From: Methanobrevibacter sp.
GTDB lineage: Archaea > Methanobacteriota > Methanobacteria > Methanobacteriales > Methanobacteriaceae
DNA: 64,000 bases
Direction: 5' to 3'
NCBI RefSeq assembly: GCF_017468685.1
Contig: NZ_JAFUHT010000034.1
Location: 7,221 to 71,220, forward strand
How positions within the stretch are numbered: the stretch's first letter is position 1; the number at the start of each line of letters is the position of its first letter. Under the pieces are notes generated by a model that was not told the DNA's origin, ran no database searches, and saw nothing but the letters and a program-made list of their open reading frames with translations. The position numbers and the translations under genes are program-made. Shown here piece by piece: positions 42,386 to 52,574 of this stretch.

Positions 42386-44836
42386 CTATATTAAGTAAAT
42401 TTCATTAAATCCGTGATATTTTTCATCTCTGCTCCATCCGACGGCAACATTAGGTATGTTGAAGTGGTCTTTTTTACGTGTATATCCTTCAATCGCTGAA
42501 TTTAAACCCACCAACAGCAATACACTTTCTGCTCTTGAAAATGCAACAAAGTAAAGGCGTGTCAAATCATCGAACGAGCGGTCCTTTTCACTTCTTTCGG
42601 ATTCGCCCAATTCACTGTATCTGCGTATGGTGTCTTCGATTGTAATGTTTTTGGCAGATTTTTTCGGGAATCTTAAGTGCTGTGTTTTGATGTTGTTGTC
42701 TTTAAACTTCGAACCCACATCAACAATTACTAATGGAAATTCCAATCCTTTTGACTGGTGTATTGACAGAACATTCACCCTATCATCAGGCAGAGTTTCA
42801 AGTAATGATTCATCAATTTGTATTCCTCCGCTTGCAAGTGGAATGAAAATGTTCCAGATGGCTTCTAAAATTGATTCCTTTTCAGTTTCCTTATTGTAAA
42901 ATGAAATGTTTGAATAGTATTTGCTGAAAAAACCGGTCTGCGTAATGGATTTGGTAATCGCTTCAAGATAAACTATTCCTTCAACATCATCCTGCAGTTC
43001 ATCAATCCAAGTAACTAGTTTGTATGCAAGCTCCATTAGGCTGGCTTTTTGTGGCCATTTGTCACTTCCCCTTGGAATTCTATTCTGCCAGTAAAGGACA
43101 AATTGGCTTAAGTTAATCGGTTCGTGAGGTTCTGGGTTTAGTTTAATGTATTCTCGTGCACGGACTCTCCATCTGGTCATTGTAACCTTTGCAAGATTCG
43201 GAATAGTTTTGTCACTTAACTGAATTTTGCTTTCAGGGTCAATGCATTCAAGCATCAGTCCGCAGAATATTTCCACAATTTCAACCTTTTGAAGTTCAAT
43301 GCCTCTTGGATTAAAGACTTCAATTGGATTTCTTTGCTTTTTTAAATGTCTTCTCAAGTAATATAAAAGTGAATTGTTCCCAAACTGTTTTTCTTTAGGA
43401 GAATATGACAATATTGCAACATCTGATGCGGATCCGTATTCATCATCTAATTTGAGGGTCAGCCTTTCAATTCTTTTTCCCTGCTTTTCACGCTCCTGAT
43501 TAATCTGCTGTAATCTGGCAATATCAATGTTTCCATCAACTTGTCTGAAATAATCTTCATCAAGGACTTTTAAAACCTTAGGATGCACTTCTCCTTCATT
43601 GATAAGTTTTGAAAGTAAGTTGGACAATGATTTTGACAGCATCTCCACATTGTTTCTAAAAAGTCCCAGTATTGGCATTGTGTCCTTTTCAAAATCAGGG
43701 GCTATGATTTTTGGTTTGTTTTTAACCCTTGCAAGCTGATAATCGTCATCGAGTTCAACAAAATGATTGCAAAGGTTGATGATGTTGTCTGTTGAACGGT
43801 AATTAGTTTTAAGATTGATTTCTTCTACATCAATCCCCAATTTATCATTCGCACGTTGCTTATAATTGGTGAATAAATCTACAGTAGCTCCTCTGAAACG
43901 ATAAAGGGATTGGTCATCGTCTCCTACAACTGTAATATTTCCATTGTTTTTAAGTGCGGATTTTGCAATTGTGAAATAGATTTCTTCCTGAATCAAATTG
44001 GTGTCCTGATATTCATCGATTAAAACGATTTTAACATTATCTAAAAATAAATCCAGTCTGTTTTCTTTAAGCATTGTTAAAAATCTAGATTCAAGGATTG
44101 TAAAATCCATTGTATTTCTCTCGATTAGCAAATCCCTATATTTCTTAATGCAATTCAGTGTGATTTCCATTCCTTTATCATGAGTTATCTCTTTAGATAA
44201 CTCATCAATGTCTAGCTTGTCCTGATAGATTCTGTCTTTAATTACAAGTAAAATTTCACTCATTTTTGATGGTTCATCAAATTTTTCTCGGCCTGTCAGT
44301 GTTTTAAGGAATTCCTGAAGAGCTTCGTTTTTATATAATTCATTTTCACTTAGAATCTTTATCATTGCGGAGTTTGAAACAAATTTTTCTATGACAATTG
44401 GATTGTTGGTTCCGGGCTCTTTGTTTTGCCTCATTATTTCTTCTGCCAACTTATCGATTGTCCCAACTTTTATCTGGTTAAAGTCAATCCGATTTACATC
44501 TCCAATCAGGTCAAAATCATCTGTACTGTCAAATATATGATTTTTAATTTCATCTCCCCAGCCCAGGATTCTTGAATATAATTCTTCTGCCGCTTTTCTT
44601 GTAAAAGTTGTTGCAAAAATCTCTTCAGGATTGATGTCATCAACAAATATGAATTTTAATATTTTTAACACCATTACGGTAGTTTTTCCGCTTCCGGGAC
44701 CTGCAACCAAGAATAATGATTCATTTGCTTTGGCGATAATTGCTTTTTTTTGGTCTTCATTTGAAGAAATGTCTCTTTCAAGTACTTTCACTACAATCTC
44801 TTCAAATTCTTCTTGAGTAATCATTTTTTCCCTCAC
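42386..44836 (-). CDS. UvrD/PcrA superfamily 1 DNA helicase
   Basis: AGPGSGKT, TFTRKAA, DEYQD, GDDDQSLYRFRGA, NYRS, SIHQSKGLEF, YFVAFSRA. Confidence 0.92.
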   Translation of the reverse strand: MREKMITQEEFEEIVVKVLERDISSNEDQKKAIIAKANESLFLVAGPGSGKTTVMVLKILKFIFVDDINPEEIFATTFTRKAAEELYSRILGWGDEIKNHIFDSTDDFDLIGDVNRIDFNQIKVGTIDKLAEEIMRQNKEPGTNNPIVIEKFVSNSAMIKILSENELYKNEALQEFLKTLTGREKFDEPSKMSEILLVIKDRIYQDKLDIDELSKEITHDKGMEITLNCIKKYRDLLIERNTMDFTILESRFLTMLKENRLDLFLDNVKIVLIDEYQDTNLIQEEIYFTIAKSALKNNGNITVVGDDDQSLYRFRGATVDLFTNYKQRANDKLGIDVEEINLKTNYRSTDNIINLCNHFVELDDDYQLARVKNKPKIIAPDFEKDTMPILGLFRNNVEMLSKSLSNLLSKLINEGEVHPKVLKVLDEDYFRQVDGNIDIARLQQINQEREKQGKRIERLTLKLDDEYGSASDVAILSYSPKEKQFGNNSLLYYLRRHLKKQRNPIEVFNPRGIELQKVEIVEIFCGLMLECIDPESKIQLSDKTIPNLAKVTMTRWRVRAREYIKLNPEPHEPINLSQFVLYWQNRIPRGSDKWPQKASLMELAYKLVTWIDELQDDVEGIVYLEAITKSITQTGFFSKYYSNISFYNKETEKESILEAIWNIFIPLASGGIQIDESLLETLPDDRVNVLSIHQSKGLEFPLVIVDVGSKFKDNNIKTQHLRFPKKSAKNITIEDTIRRYSELGESERSEKDRSFDDLTRLYFVAFSRAESVLLLVGLNSAIEGYTRKKDHFNIPNVAVGWSRDEKYHGFNEIYLI

Positions 44837-44885
44837 TCATTAAATATGGTTTTATTTATTAAGTTAATACTTAATAAAGTAATTG

Positions 44886-44906
44886 AGAGAGCATTTGAAA
44901 AGTAAT
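44886..44906 (-). promoter_or_regulatory. 21-bp repair-gene box upstream of the UvrD helicase
   Basis: Exact reverse complement AGAGAGCATTTGAAAAGTAAT; 7 nt before minus-strand TTTATTAA. Confidence 0.75.
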
Positions 44907-45047
44907 TTTTAAATTTAAAGTTTATTTAGGTTAACCAAAAATTTATTTATAGTGATGTACAAATTATTTAACATGGGGTAATAATTTCTCCATAATATGC
45001 ATAAGTTAGGAGCAATTGCTTCTAACTTCAAATAATTTCTAATTCTT

Positions 45048-45068
45048 ATTACTTTTCAAATGCTCTCT
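45048..45068 (+). promoter_or_regulatory. 21-bp repair-gene box upstream of the Hrq helicase
   Basis: ATTACTTTTCAAATGCTCTCT, 7 nt before TTTAAATA. Confidence 0.75.
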
Positions 45069-45128
45069 GATTTGATTTAAATATAATAAATTACCAAAAT
45101 AATGATATAATTAATTTTAGCTGATATT

Positions 45129-47987
45129 ATGTCTGAGGTAAACCATATTGATATGTTTAAAAATGATGTGAGATATAGGGAAAATATTGCCCATATTGAA
45201 ACTATACCAGCTAAAAAAGCTAGTTTTAAAAAAGTTGATAATTTAAATGAAAAAATAGTGGACTATCTTGATTCCAGAGGCGTTAAGTTGTACCAGCACC
45301 AAGCCGAGACATATGAAGCAATCCAAAACGGTGAAAATGTAATTATAACAACACCGACCGCTTCAGGTAAAACTCTTGCTTTCAATCTACCGATAATGGA
45401 GACAATGATTGAGGATAAGGATGCAACAGCCCTTTACATTTACCCAGCAAAGGCTCTGTCAAATGACCAGCTGCACGTTTTGGAGAACCTGGAAAAAGAA
45501 TTGGACATTAAGCTAAAACCCCGAACATATGATGGGGACACTCCAAGGACAGAAAAAAGGGGAATACGTGAAAATTCAAGGATTGTACTGACAAATCCAT
45601 ATCAGCTTCATTTGATATTGTCATGGCATCATCAATGGTCAAGATTTTATAAAAACCTGCGTTTCATTGTCATTGATGAATCACATTACTATAAAGGAGT
45701 CTTTGGCTCAAACGTTGCATTTTTAATTAAAAGACTTAAAAGAATTGCAAACTTTTATGGATCATATCCTCAGTTCATTTTATCATCTGCAACACTGGCC
45801 AATCCGTTGGAGCTTGCAAACAGATTGACAGGTGAAGAATTTGCACTAGTTGACAATGACACCTCTCCAAGCGGTGAAAAGGATTTCATCCTGTATAATC
45901 CATTCAAAAATTACGTTAGAAAAAAGATTAACACACAAAATGCACCGTCTGTCCACATGGAGACTGAAAACATATTCATGTACATGATGCTTAAAAACAT
46001 CCAGACATTATGTTTTACCGTTTCAAGAAAAACAACAGAACTAATTGCCATGTGGGCCAAAAAGGACATGACTCAAATAAAGGGGCAATTGGCTCATAGA
46101 ATTGCAGCCTACCGTGCAGGCTATCAGGCAACTGAAAGACGAGAAATCGAAGATGGGCTTAAAAGCGGAAAATATCTTGGAGTTACATGTACCAATGCAT
46201 TGGAGCTTGGAATAAACATCGGATCACTTGATGCTGTAATCATCTCAGGATATCCCGGAACAATGATTTCAACATGGCAACAGGCAGGAAGAGCAGGAAG
46301 GAGCAATCAAAAATCTCTGGCTGTACTGATTGCCTTTGAAAACCAGCTTGACCAATACTTCATGAATAATCCTAAATTCTTCTTTGACAAGGCTCATGAA
46401 AATGCAATCATTGATTTGAAAAATCCTATATTGCAGGATGCACACCTTCTATGTGCTGCAAAAGAACTTCCTTTGCAAAGAGGTGAAGCGGAAAAGTACT
46501 TTGATATTTCACAGGATGTTGTTGATAAGCTAGTTTCCCGCAAGGATTTATATGAAAATCATAGAGGGGACTTTATTTATCCGTACGACGATAATCCTGC
46601 AATGGACCATTCACTTGACCAAATATCTTCTGAAGAGTTTAAGGTAATGAATAATGGTCAACTTCTTGAAACTATGGAAAGGTCCCAGGTCTATCGTGAA
46701 GCTCATGAAGGTGCAATTCTAATCAACAAAGGGGACACTTATGTTGTAAATAGTGTTAATTTAAAGAATGGATTTGTTAATGTATCAAAACAGGAAGTTG
46801 ATTATCATACAATGGTTTTAAACCAGACTGACATTAACATTAAAAAGAAACTGTCAAAAACAAAATATGGCAAGCTGACAATACACTTTGGCGAATTGAC
46901 AGTTAGTGAAGATTACTTTAAATATAAAAAAATGCAATTTTCTAAGGCGGTTGGAACATACCCTCTTGATTTGCCGCCATTAAAATTCAATACCAAAGGA
47001 TTGTGGTTTACAATACCAAAACAGGTTAAGGACACATTGGAGGATATGTTTCCAAATGAGGAGGAAGTCTTTGCGGGCGGATTGCATGGTGCAGAACATG
47101 CTTTAATCGGACTCTTTCCACTTCATACAATGTGTGACAGGTTTGATATTGGTGGACTTTCAACCAATTATCATGAAGACACACAGGAAGCTACAATATT
47201 CATTTATGACGGTTATGAAGGTGGAATTGGTATTTGTGAGAAAGCTGTTGATGTGTTTATAGAATTGTTAAATTCAACCATTGATTTATTGGATAATTGC
47301 CAATGCCAAAGCGGCTGTCCCGCTTGCATTTATTCTCCAAAATGTGGAAATGATAATAAGCCGTTGCATAAAAATGCCACTAAATATATTCTGGAATATA
47401 TGAGGAATTTAATAGCTAGAAGTGATGAGGAAGTGGAAGCTGAAATCACTATTGAAAACGAGGAAATTCCCGATGAGTTTGATGATGCCCTTGAATTATA
47501 TAATAAAGGGGATTATTCCGCTTCAAAAGATGTTCTCAATTCAATTTTGGCTCATGACAATAAACACTCCAATGCACTATCACTTATGGCGCAGATTTTA
47601 TACGAGCAAGACCAAAGAGACATAGCATTGGTATTTACCAAAAAGGCACTTTCATGTGATAGGTCAAATGAAATGGCAAATGAACTTGAAGTGCTTCTTA
47701 CCAATAAGCCCCAAAAACAGGAAGTTAAGCTGAATTCTCTTGATGATATAGAAACATTATATGAAGAGGCTTATGATTTATTTGAACAGGGCGATCTTGC
47801 AACTTCCTCAGAAATATTGGAAAAACTGTTGGATTTTGATGATAAAAATTCAGAAGCATTGGCATTGATGGGATTGATTTATTATCATTCAGGCATTTTC
47901 CAAAAGGCGATTGAGTATTATAAAAAGGCATCAAAAATAAATAAAAATGGTGAAATGGTCCGTGAGTTAAAAATGAGGGTTTCCTAG
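45129..47987 (+). CDS. Hrq/YprA(MrfA)-type DEAH helicase with DUF1998 and C-terminal TPRs
   Basis: PTASGKT, YPAKAL, DESH, SAT, ALELGINIG, QQAGRAGR, HGAEHAL, CQCQSGCPAC, TPR helices. Confidence 0.92.
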   Translation: MSEVNHIDMFKNDVRYRENIAHIETIPAKKASFKKVDNLNEKIVDYLDSRGVKLYQHQAETYEAIQNGENVIITTPTASGKTLAFNLPIMETMIEDKDATALYIYPAKALSNDQLHVLENLEKELDIKLKPRTYDGDTPRTEKRGIRENSRIVLTNPYQLHLILSWHHQWSRFYKNLRFIVIDESHYYKGVFGSNVAFLIKRLKRIANFYGSYPQFILSSATLANPLELANRLTGEEFALVDNDTSPSGEKDFILYNPFKNYVRKKINTQNAPSVHMETENIFMYMMLKNIQTLCFTVSRKTTELIAMWAKKDMTQIKGQLAHRIAAYRAGYQATERREIEDGLKSGKYLGVTCTNALELGINIGSLDAVIISGYPGTMISTWQQAGRAGRSNQKSLAVLIAFENQLDQYFMNNPKFFFDKAHENAIIDLKNPILQDAHLLCAAKELPLQRGEAEKYFDISQDVVDKLVSRKDLYENHRGDFIYPYDDNPAMDHSLDQISSEEFKVMNNGQLLETMERSQVYREAHEGAILINKGDTYVVNSVNLKNGFVNVSKQEVDYHTMVLNQTDINIKKKLSKTKYGKLTIHFGELTVSEDYFKYKKMQFSKAVGTYPLDLPPLKFNTKGLWFTIPKQVKDTLEDMFPNEEEVFAGGLHGAEHALIGLFPLHTMCDRFDIGGLSTNYHEDTQEATIFIYDGYEGGIGICEKAVDVFIELLNSTIDLLDNCQCQSGCPACIYSPKCGNDNKPLHKNATKYILEYMRNLIARSDEEVEAEITIENEEIPDEFDDALELYNKGDYSASKDVLNSILAHDNKHSNALSLMAQILYEQDQRDIALVFTKKALSCDRSNEMANELEVLLTNKPQKQEVKLNSLDDIETLYEEAYDLFEQGDLATSSEILEKLLDFDDKNSEALALMGLIYYHSGIFQKAIEYYKKASKINKNGEMVRELKMRVS

Positions 47988-49123
47988 CCGTATGGGCTGA
48001 ATCCTTCCTCAAAGTGTTTACATACATTTTCCAGCTCTTCCGGAATGTCTATATTTTGTGTACAGAAGTCCAGACAGGTTCCACAATATGTACAATCTTC
48101 AGCAGGAACCTTTTCATCTGCCAGTTTATCGTAATATAATCTGTAGATATTTGATTCGGGCTGATTTTTGCTGGTATTGTAGATATGGAAATATTCAGGT
48201 ATAGGAATCATTGAAGGGCACTCTTTTATGCAATATCCACATTCACTGCACGGTACAGCAAGAGTCTCTTTTAGTTTTAAGCCCATTTTTTCTAAAAATT
48301 GATTTTCTTCATCACTTAAAACTTCAAAATTCTCAAAGGTATCGCAGTTGTCAATCATGTCTTCCATCTTGTTCATGCCGCATAAAACCATTTTTACATT
48401 ATCAAGTGAAGCGCAGAATCTTAATGCAAAGCTTGCAATTGATTTGTCAGGATTAAAATTTTCAAATTCCCTGTTGATTTCTTCGGATTGATTGACGATA
48501 ACTCCGCCTTTTAGTGGTTCCATTACATAGACATCAATTCCATATTGGGTACATAAATCGTAACATTTGTGTGATTCGATTGATTCATCTTCCCAGTCAA
48601 GATAGTTAAGTTCAAGCTGAACAACATCAAGATATTCACCGTATTTGTCCAAAACTTTTTCTAATAGATTTGCCTTGTCGTGGAAACTGAAACCAATTTT
48701 TTTGGCAATTCCCTTTTTTTTCATGTCTTTTAAAAATTCAAATGAATTGTGCTTTTCAGCCAATTTAAACCATGGAACATTGATATTGTGTATAAATAAT
48801 ACGTCAAAGTATTCAATTCCCAGTCTTTCTAGCATCTCATTAACGAATTTTTCATTGTCGCTTTCACTTGTCAGCGCCCAAGTAGGTATCTTGTCACAGA
48901 TTTCAAATGATTCACGCGGATATCTTTCAACTATTGCTTTTCTCATGGCTGTTTCGCTTGTACCGTTATGGTAGGCATAGGAAGTGTCAAAGTAGTTGAA
49001 TCCTTTTTCCATATAGATATCAACCATTTCATTGAACAGTTCCTGATTGACTGATGTTGGGTCATCAGCGTTGGTTAGAGGTAATCTCATACAACCAAAA
49101 CCGAATTTAGATTTGTAAGTCAT
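47984..49123 (-). CDS. Aldo/keto reductase with C-terminal 4Fe-4S domain
   Basis: FGFGCMRLP, YFDTS..Y, GFSFH, MEPLKGG, CSECGYC, CTYCGTC...C. Confidence 0.9.
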   Translation of the reverse strand: MTYKSKFGFGCMRLPLTNADDPTSVNQELFNEMVDIYMEKGFNYFDTSYAYHNGTSETAMRKAIVERYPRESFEICDKIPTWALTSESDNEKFVNEMLERLGIEYFDVLFIHNINVPWFKLAEKHNSFEFLKDMKKKGIAKKIGFSFHDKANLLEKVLDKYGEYLDVVQLELNYLDWEDESIESHKCYDLCTQYGIDVYVMEPLKGGVIVNQSEEINREFENFNPDKSIASFALRFCASLDNVKMVLCGMNKMEDMIDNCDTFENFEVLSDEENQFLEKMGLKLKETLAVPCSECGYCIKECPSMIPIPEYFHIYNTSKNQPESNIYRLYYDKLADEKVPAEDCTYCGTCLDFCTQNIDIPEELENVCKHFEEGFSPYG

Positions 49124-49159
49124 AATATTATCTCCTTATGATATTTTTTAATTATTGAA

Positions 49160-50242
49160 TTATTTAAATATTGAGAATAGCAACATTACATCAGTATAAT
49201 ACACCGGTGGAATCAACTCAGAAACATCCACATCATCATTACCTTTATTTTCATCTTTTCTAAAAGTATACTCATTGATTTTGGATTTCTTGAAAATATC
49301 TTTTAGAATTTGAATTCCATCATTTTCAATAAATACTTGCACATCCTCTTTTTTGTAAGTCCTCAATTGATTCATATGGTCTAAAAACTCATAATGAACA
49401 TCAAAGCAAACGCTGTAAAGTAAAAACCTATTCCAATCTCTTGGAGGATATTTTTCAATTGTTGGATGAGATGTTAAATAGTTTTTAAGAGAATTTAAAA
49501 CATTTAAAAATTCTTTTCCTTCAGGGGTGTACTGTCCGAATATATTATCAAATTTAAAATTATAAAAGATATATGTTAGTAATGTGGAAAACTGAATTAA
49601 AATATAAGTAAAAGGAGCATTATCATTTACAAGAATAATAATTGTTAATGTCAAATAAATTATGAGCACAATGGTTAAAAAAACAAATGAATTTCTATAT
49701 TTTGTAATGTAATATGATTTAGAAGTATTTTTTCTTTCAACTTTCAAAAACCAATCCCTATAACTATTAATGAATTTTTTCATAGTTGACTTATTGTTTA
49801 ATTTATCGTCCATCGATTTTAAATTAATTTTTGAATTATCAAATAATTTTAAAATGTTTATAATTGATTTATCGGATGAACTAAGCTTTTTTGTTTTTGA
49901 ATTATTGATTTTTAATGTTATTTTTTCATAAGCAGTACTTGCATTTTCATTGATTTCTACAGAAATATATCCTGAGCTGATTAATCGTGTTATTTCAATA
50001 ACTAATCCGTAGGTTGTGATTATGCCCCTGTTTTTAGTTAATTTTTCCCGATAAAGTCCGTTTAAATGACATAAATCTATGTTGAAAGAAATATTATTCG
50101 GGACAATCAATGGATTATTAGTTAGTTTTCTATTTTTGAAATATATCAGTCCTGGAATTGAAATCAGAATTAATGATATGATTAATATTAGATTAGCAAT
50201 TAAATTTCCTGCAATTAAATCTACCATATTACTAATTTTCAT
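49160..50242 (-). CDS. DUF2207-like membrane protein
   Basis: TM segments; G.YT.EG...LKNYL, W..FLLYS pattern; very AT-rich. Confidence 0.55.
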   Translation of the reverse strand: MKISNMVDLIAGNLIANLILIISLILISIPGLIYFKNRKLTNNPLIVPNNISFNIDLCHLNGLYREKLTKNRGIITTYGLVIEITRLISSGYISVEINENASTAYEKITLKINNSKTKKLSSSDKSIINILKLFDNSKINLKSMDDKLNNKSTMKKFINSYRDWFLKVERKNTSKSYYITKYRNSFVFLTIVLIIYLTLTIIILVNDNAPFTYILIQFSTLLTYIFYNFKFDNIFGQYTPEGKEFLNVLNSLKNYLTSHPTIEKYPPRDWNRFLLYSVCFDVHYEFLDHMNQLRTYKKEDVQVFIENDGIQILKDIFKKSKINEYTFRKDENKGNDDVDVSELIPPVYYTDVMLLFSIFK

Positions 50243-50314
50243 TTTTTGTATTAAAAACTTTTATTAATTAATAGCGATAAAATTAAAATATTAAAGTTTA
50301 TAAGGAGTAGTTAA

Positions 50315-50692
50315 ATGCACGAATTATCAATGGCTCAGGGTATTATCAATGCAGTTCTAGAAACTGCAGAAGCAAATAATGCGACTGAAGTTAATGAAGT
50401 TACCGTTGAAGTTGGAAGACTTGCAATGATTAATCCAGAACAATTGGAATTTATTTTAGGAATTTTAATTGAAAATACTATAATGGAAGATGCAGAAATT
50501 AATTTCGAGGAAATTCCTGCAGAAATCCAATGTAATGATTGTGAATTCCATGGTGAAGCTATACTTGATGATAGTGATCACTATGCTCCATTAGTGAAAT
50601 GTCCTGAATGTGACAGTTTGAGTGTAGAAACATTGAATGGAAAAGATATTGTAGTTAAAAATATTGTTATAGAAAAACCTGATGATAATTAA
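50315..50692 (+). CDS. hypA: Hydrogenase maturation nickel metallochaperone
   Basis: MHELS, CNDC...CPEC. Confidence 0.95.
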   Translation: MHELSMAQGIINAVLETAEANNATEVNEVTVEVGRLAMINPEQLEFILGILIENTIMEDAEINFEEIPAEIQCNDCEFHGEAILDDSDHYAPLVKCPECDSLSVETLNGKDIVVKNIVIEKPDDN

Positions 50693-50709
50693 ATTAATGA
50701 GGTGAAAGA

Positions 50710-51360
50710 ATGCACCAAGTAGCAGATGTTGAAGTAGCAAAAAACATTATGGATGCCAATAAAAGATTAGCTGATAAAAACCTTAAAAACTTGGAAGAAA
50801 AAGATATTTTTTGTGTTGACTTTGTAGGAGCAATAGGTTCCGGTAAAACAACACTTGTAGAAGAAATAATTGATAATACTGATTATAAAATTGGAGTTCT
50901 TGCAGGAGATGTAATCTCAAAATTCGATGCAGGACGTATAGAAAAACATGACGTACCTGTAGTGGGACTCAACACAGGCAAGGAATGCCATTTGGATGCA
51001 CATTTAGTGGGTCATGGATTGGAAGACTTGCCGTTAGATGACTTGGACATGGTAATCATTGAAAATGTGGGCAATCTAATCTGTCCGGTTGACTTTGATT
51101 TAGGTTCACACTTAAGAATAGTTGTTGTAAGTGTGACTGAAGGTGATGACACTGTCGAAAAACACCCGATTATATTCCAGACCTCTGATGTGGTTGTAAT
51201 CAACAAGGTTGATCTTGCAGATGCTGTTGGAGCTGATGCAGACAAGATGGTTGCAGATGCTCAAAAGTTAAACCCTAACATTAAAGTAATCAAATCCAGC
51301 TTAAAAGAGGGTACTGGATTGGATGAAATCATTAAAGTAATTGAAGATGCGATGAAATAA
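50710..51360 (+). CDS. hypB: Hydrogenase nickel incorporation GTPase
   Basis: GSGKTT, ECHLDA, ENVGNLICP, NKVD. Confidence 0.95.
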   Translation: MHQVADVEVAKNIMDANKRLADKNLKNLEEKDIFCVDFVGAIGSGKTTLVEEIIDNTDYKIGVLAGDVISKFDAGRIEKHDVPVVGLNTGKECHLDAHLVGHGLEDLPLDDLDMVIIENVGNLICPVDFDLGSHLRIVVVSVTEGDDTVEKHPIIFQTSDVVVINKVDLADAVGADADKMVADAQKLNPNIKVIKSSLKEGTGLDEIIKVIEDAMK

Positions 51361-51381
51361 ATTTATTATTCAGGTGGTAAC

Positions 51382-52413
51382 ATGAAAGTATGGATAGATA
51401 TCTCAAATGCGCCTCATGTAAGGTTTTTTAAAGATGTAATAAAATATTTGGAAGCGGAAGGTGAGGATGTAATTGTCACTGCCAGACAATTCGGAGATAT
51501 CCATAAGTTACTTGACATGTATGAAATTGACTATATATCCGTTGGAAAGCATGGTGTAAGCCTTTATGACAAGTTAAGGGAAAGCACCCAAAGGGTATTC
51601 AAACTTGTAGACATCATACATGACGAAAAGGTGGATGTTGCCCTTAGCAAGCATTCCATTGAACTTCCAAGAATCACTTTCGGTTTAGGGATTCCAAGCC
51701 TGTATGTTCTTGACAATGAGCATGCTCTGGCTGCCAATAAACTGACTCTTCCCTTATGTGACAGAATTATCACACCGGACATTATAAATTTCTGGAAACT
51801 GATGGAATACGGAGCAGATCCAAACACTATTATTCCATATAATGGAACATCTGAATTAATGCATTTCAAAAGCTTTGAATATAATGACAATGTGTTTGAT
51901 GATTTGAACTTGAAATTAAATCATCCTAAAACTATATTGATGAGACCGGAACCTTCACTTGCATCATACCTTGATGCTGATTGCAGAAAGTCTGTACTCT
52001 CACCAATAGTTGACGAGCTAAAAAACGTAGCCAACATCCTAATCCTGCCAAGATTTAAGGAACAGGCTGAAATATTTGAAGGAATTGAAAACGTTTCAAT
52101 CCTAAAGCCTCCAGTAGATACCTCAAGCATTATTAAAAAAGCAGATCTTGTTATCGGTGCTGGTGGAACAATGAACAGGGAAGCTGCAATTCTTCAAACT
52201 CCAGTTATTTCATGTTATCCTGGTGAAACATTGTCTGTTGATCAGTATTACATCAATAAAGGTTTGATGTATAGGTCCAATGACACTGATGAGGTAATAG
52301 AAAAGGCATTGGATTTTATTGTAAACCCTCATGAAAAAATTGATGTTGAAACTGATGACCTTTTCCAGGTAATTATAGATAACCTATATGATTTGGCTCG
52401 AAATGGTAAATAG
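51382..52413 (+). CDS. DUF354 family glycosyltransferase-like protein
   Basis: WIDISNAPHVRFF, DNEHA, GGTMNREAA. Confidence 0.85.
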   Translation: MKVWIDISNAPHVRFFKDVIKYLEAEGEDVIVTARQFGDIHKLLDMYEIDYISVGKHGVSLYDKLRESTQRVFKLVDIIHDEKVDVALSKHSIELPRITFGLGIPSLYVLDNEHALAANKLTLPLCDRIITPDIINFWKLMEYGADPNTIIPYNGTSELMHFKSFEYNDNVFDDLNLKLNHPKTILMRPEPSLASYLDADCRKSVLSPIVDELKNVANILILPRFKEQAEIFEGIENVSILKPPVDTSSIIKKADLVIGAGGTMNREAAILQTPVISCYPGETLSVDQYYINKGLMYRSNDTDEVIEKALDFIVNPHEKIDVETDDLFQVIIDNLYDLARNGK

Positions 52414-52461
52414 TTTTTTATAGTAATACCTTCAAATTATATAATATAATATTCATTTTTT

Positions 52462-52534
<73 letters not shown>

Positions 52535-52574
52535 CTTTTTAAATTTTAAAAAAATAGAGAATTGTGATTTTAAT

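Noticed and set aside
41143-44836. Gabija defence system
   Set aside because: The partner is a RecB-type Fe-S nuclease, not an OLD-family ATPase/TOPRIM protein.
44886-45068. MITE bounded by 21-bp terminal inverted repeats
   Set aside because: No target-site duplication is seen. The same 21-mer occurs singly at 28636 and 32611 with similar TATA spacing, so two divergent promoters explain the inverted pair better.
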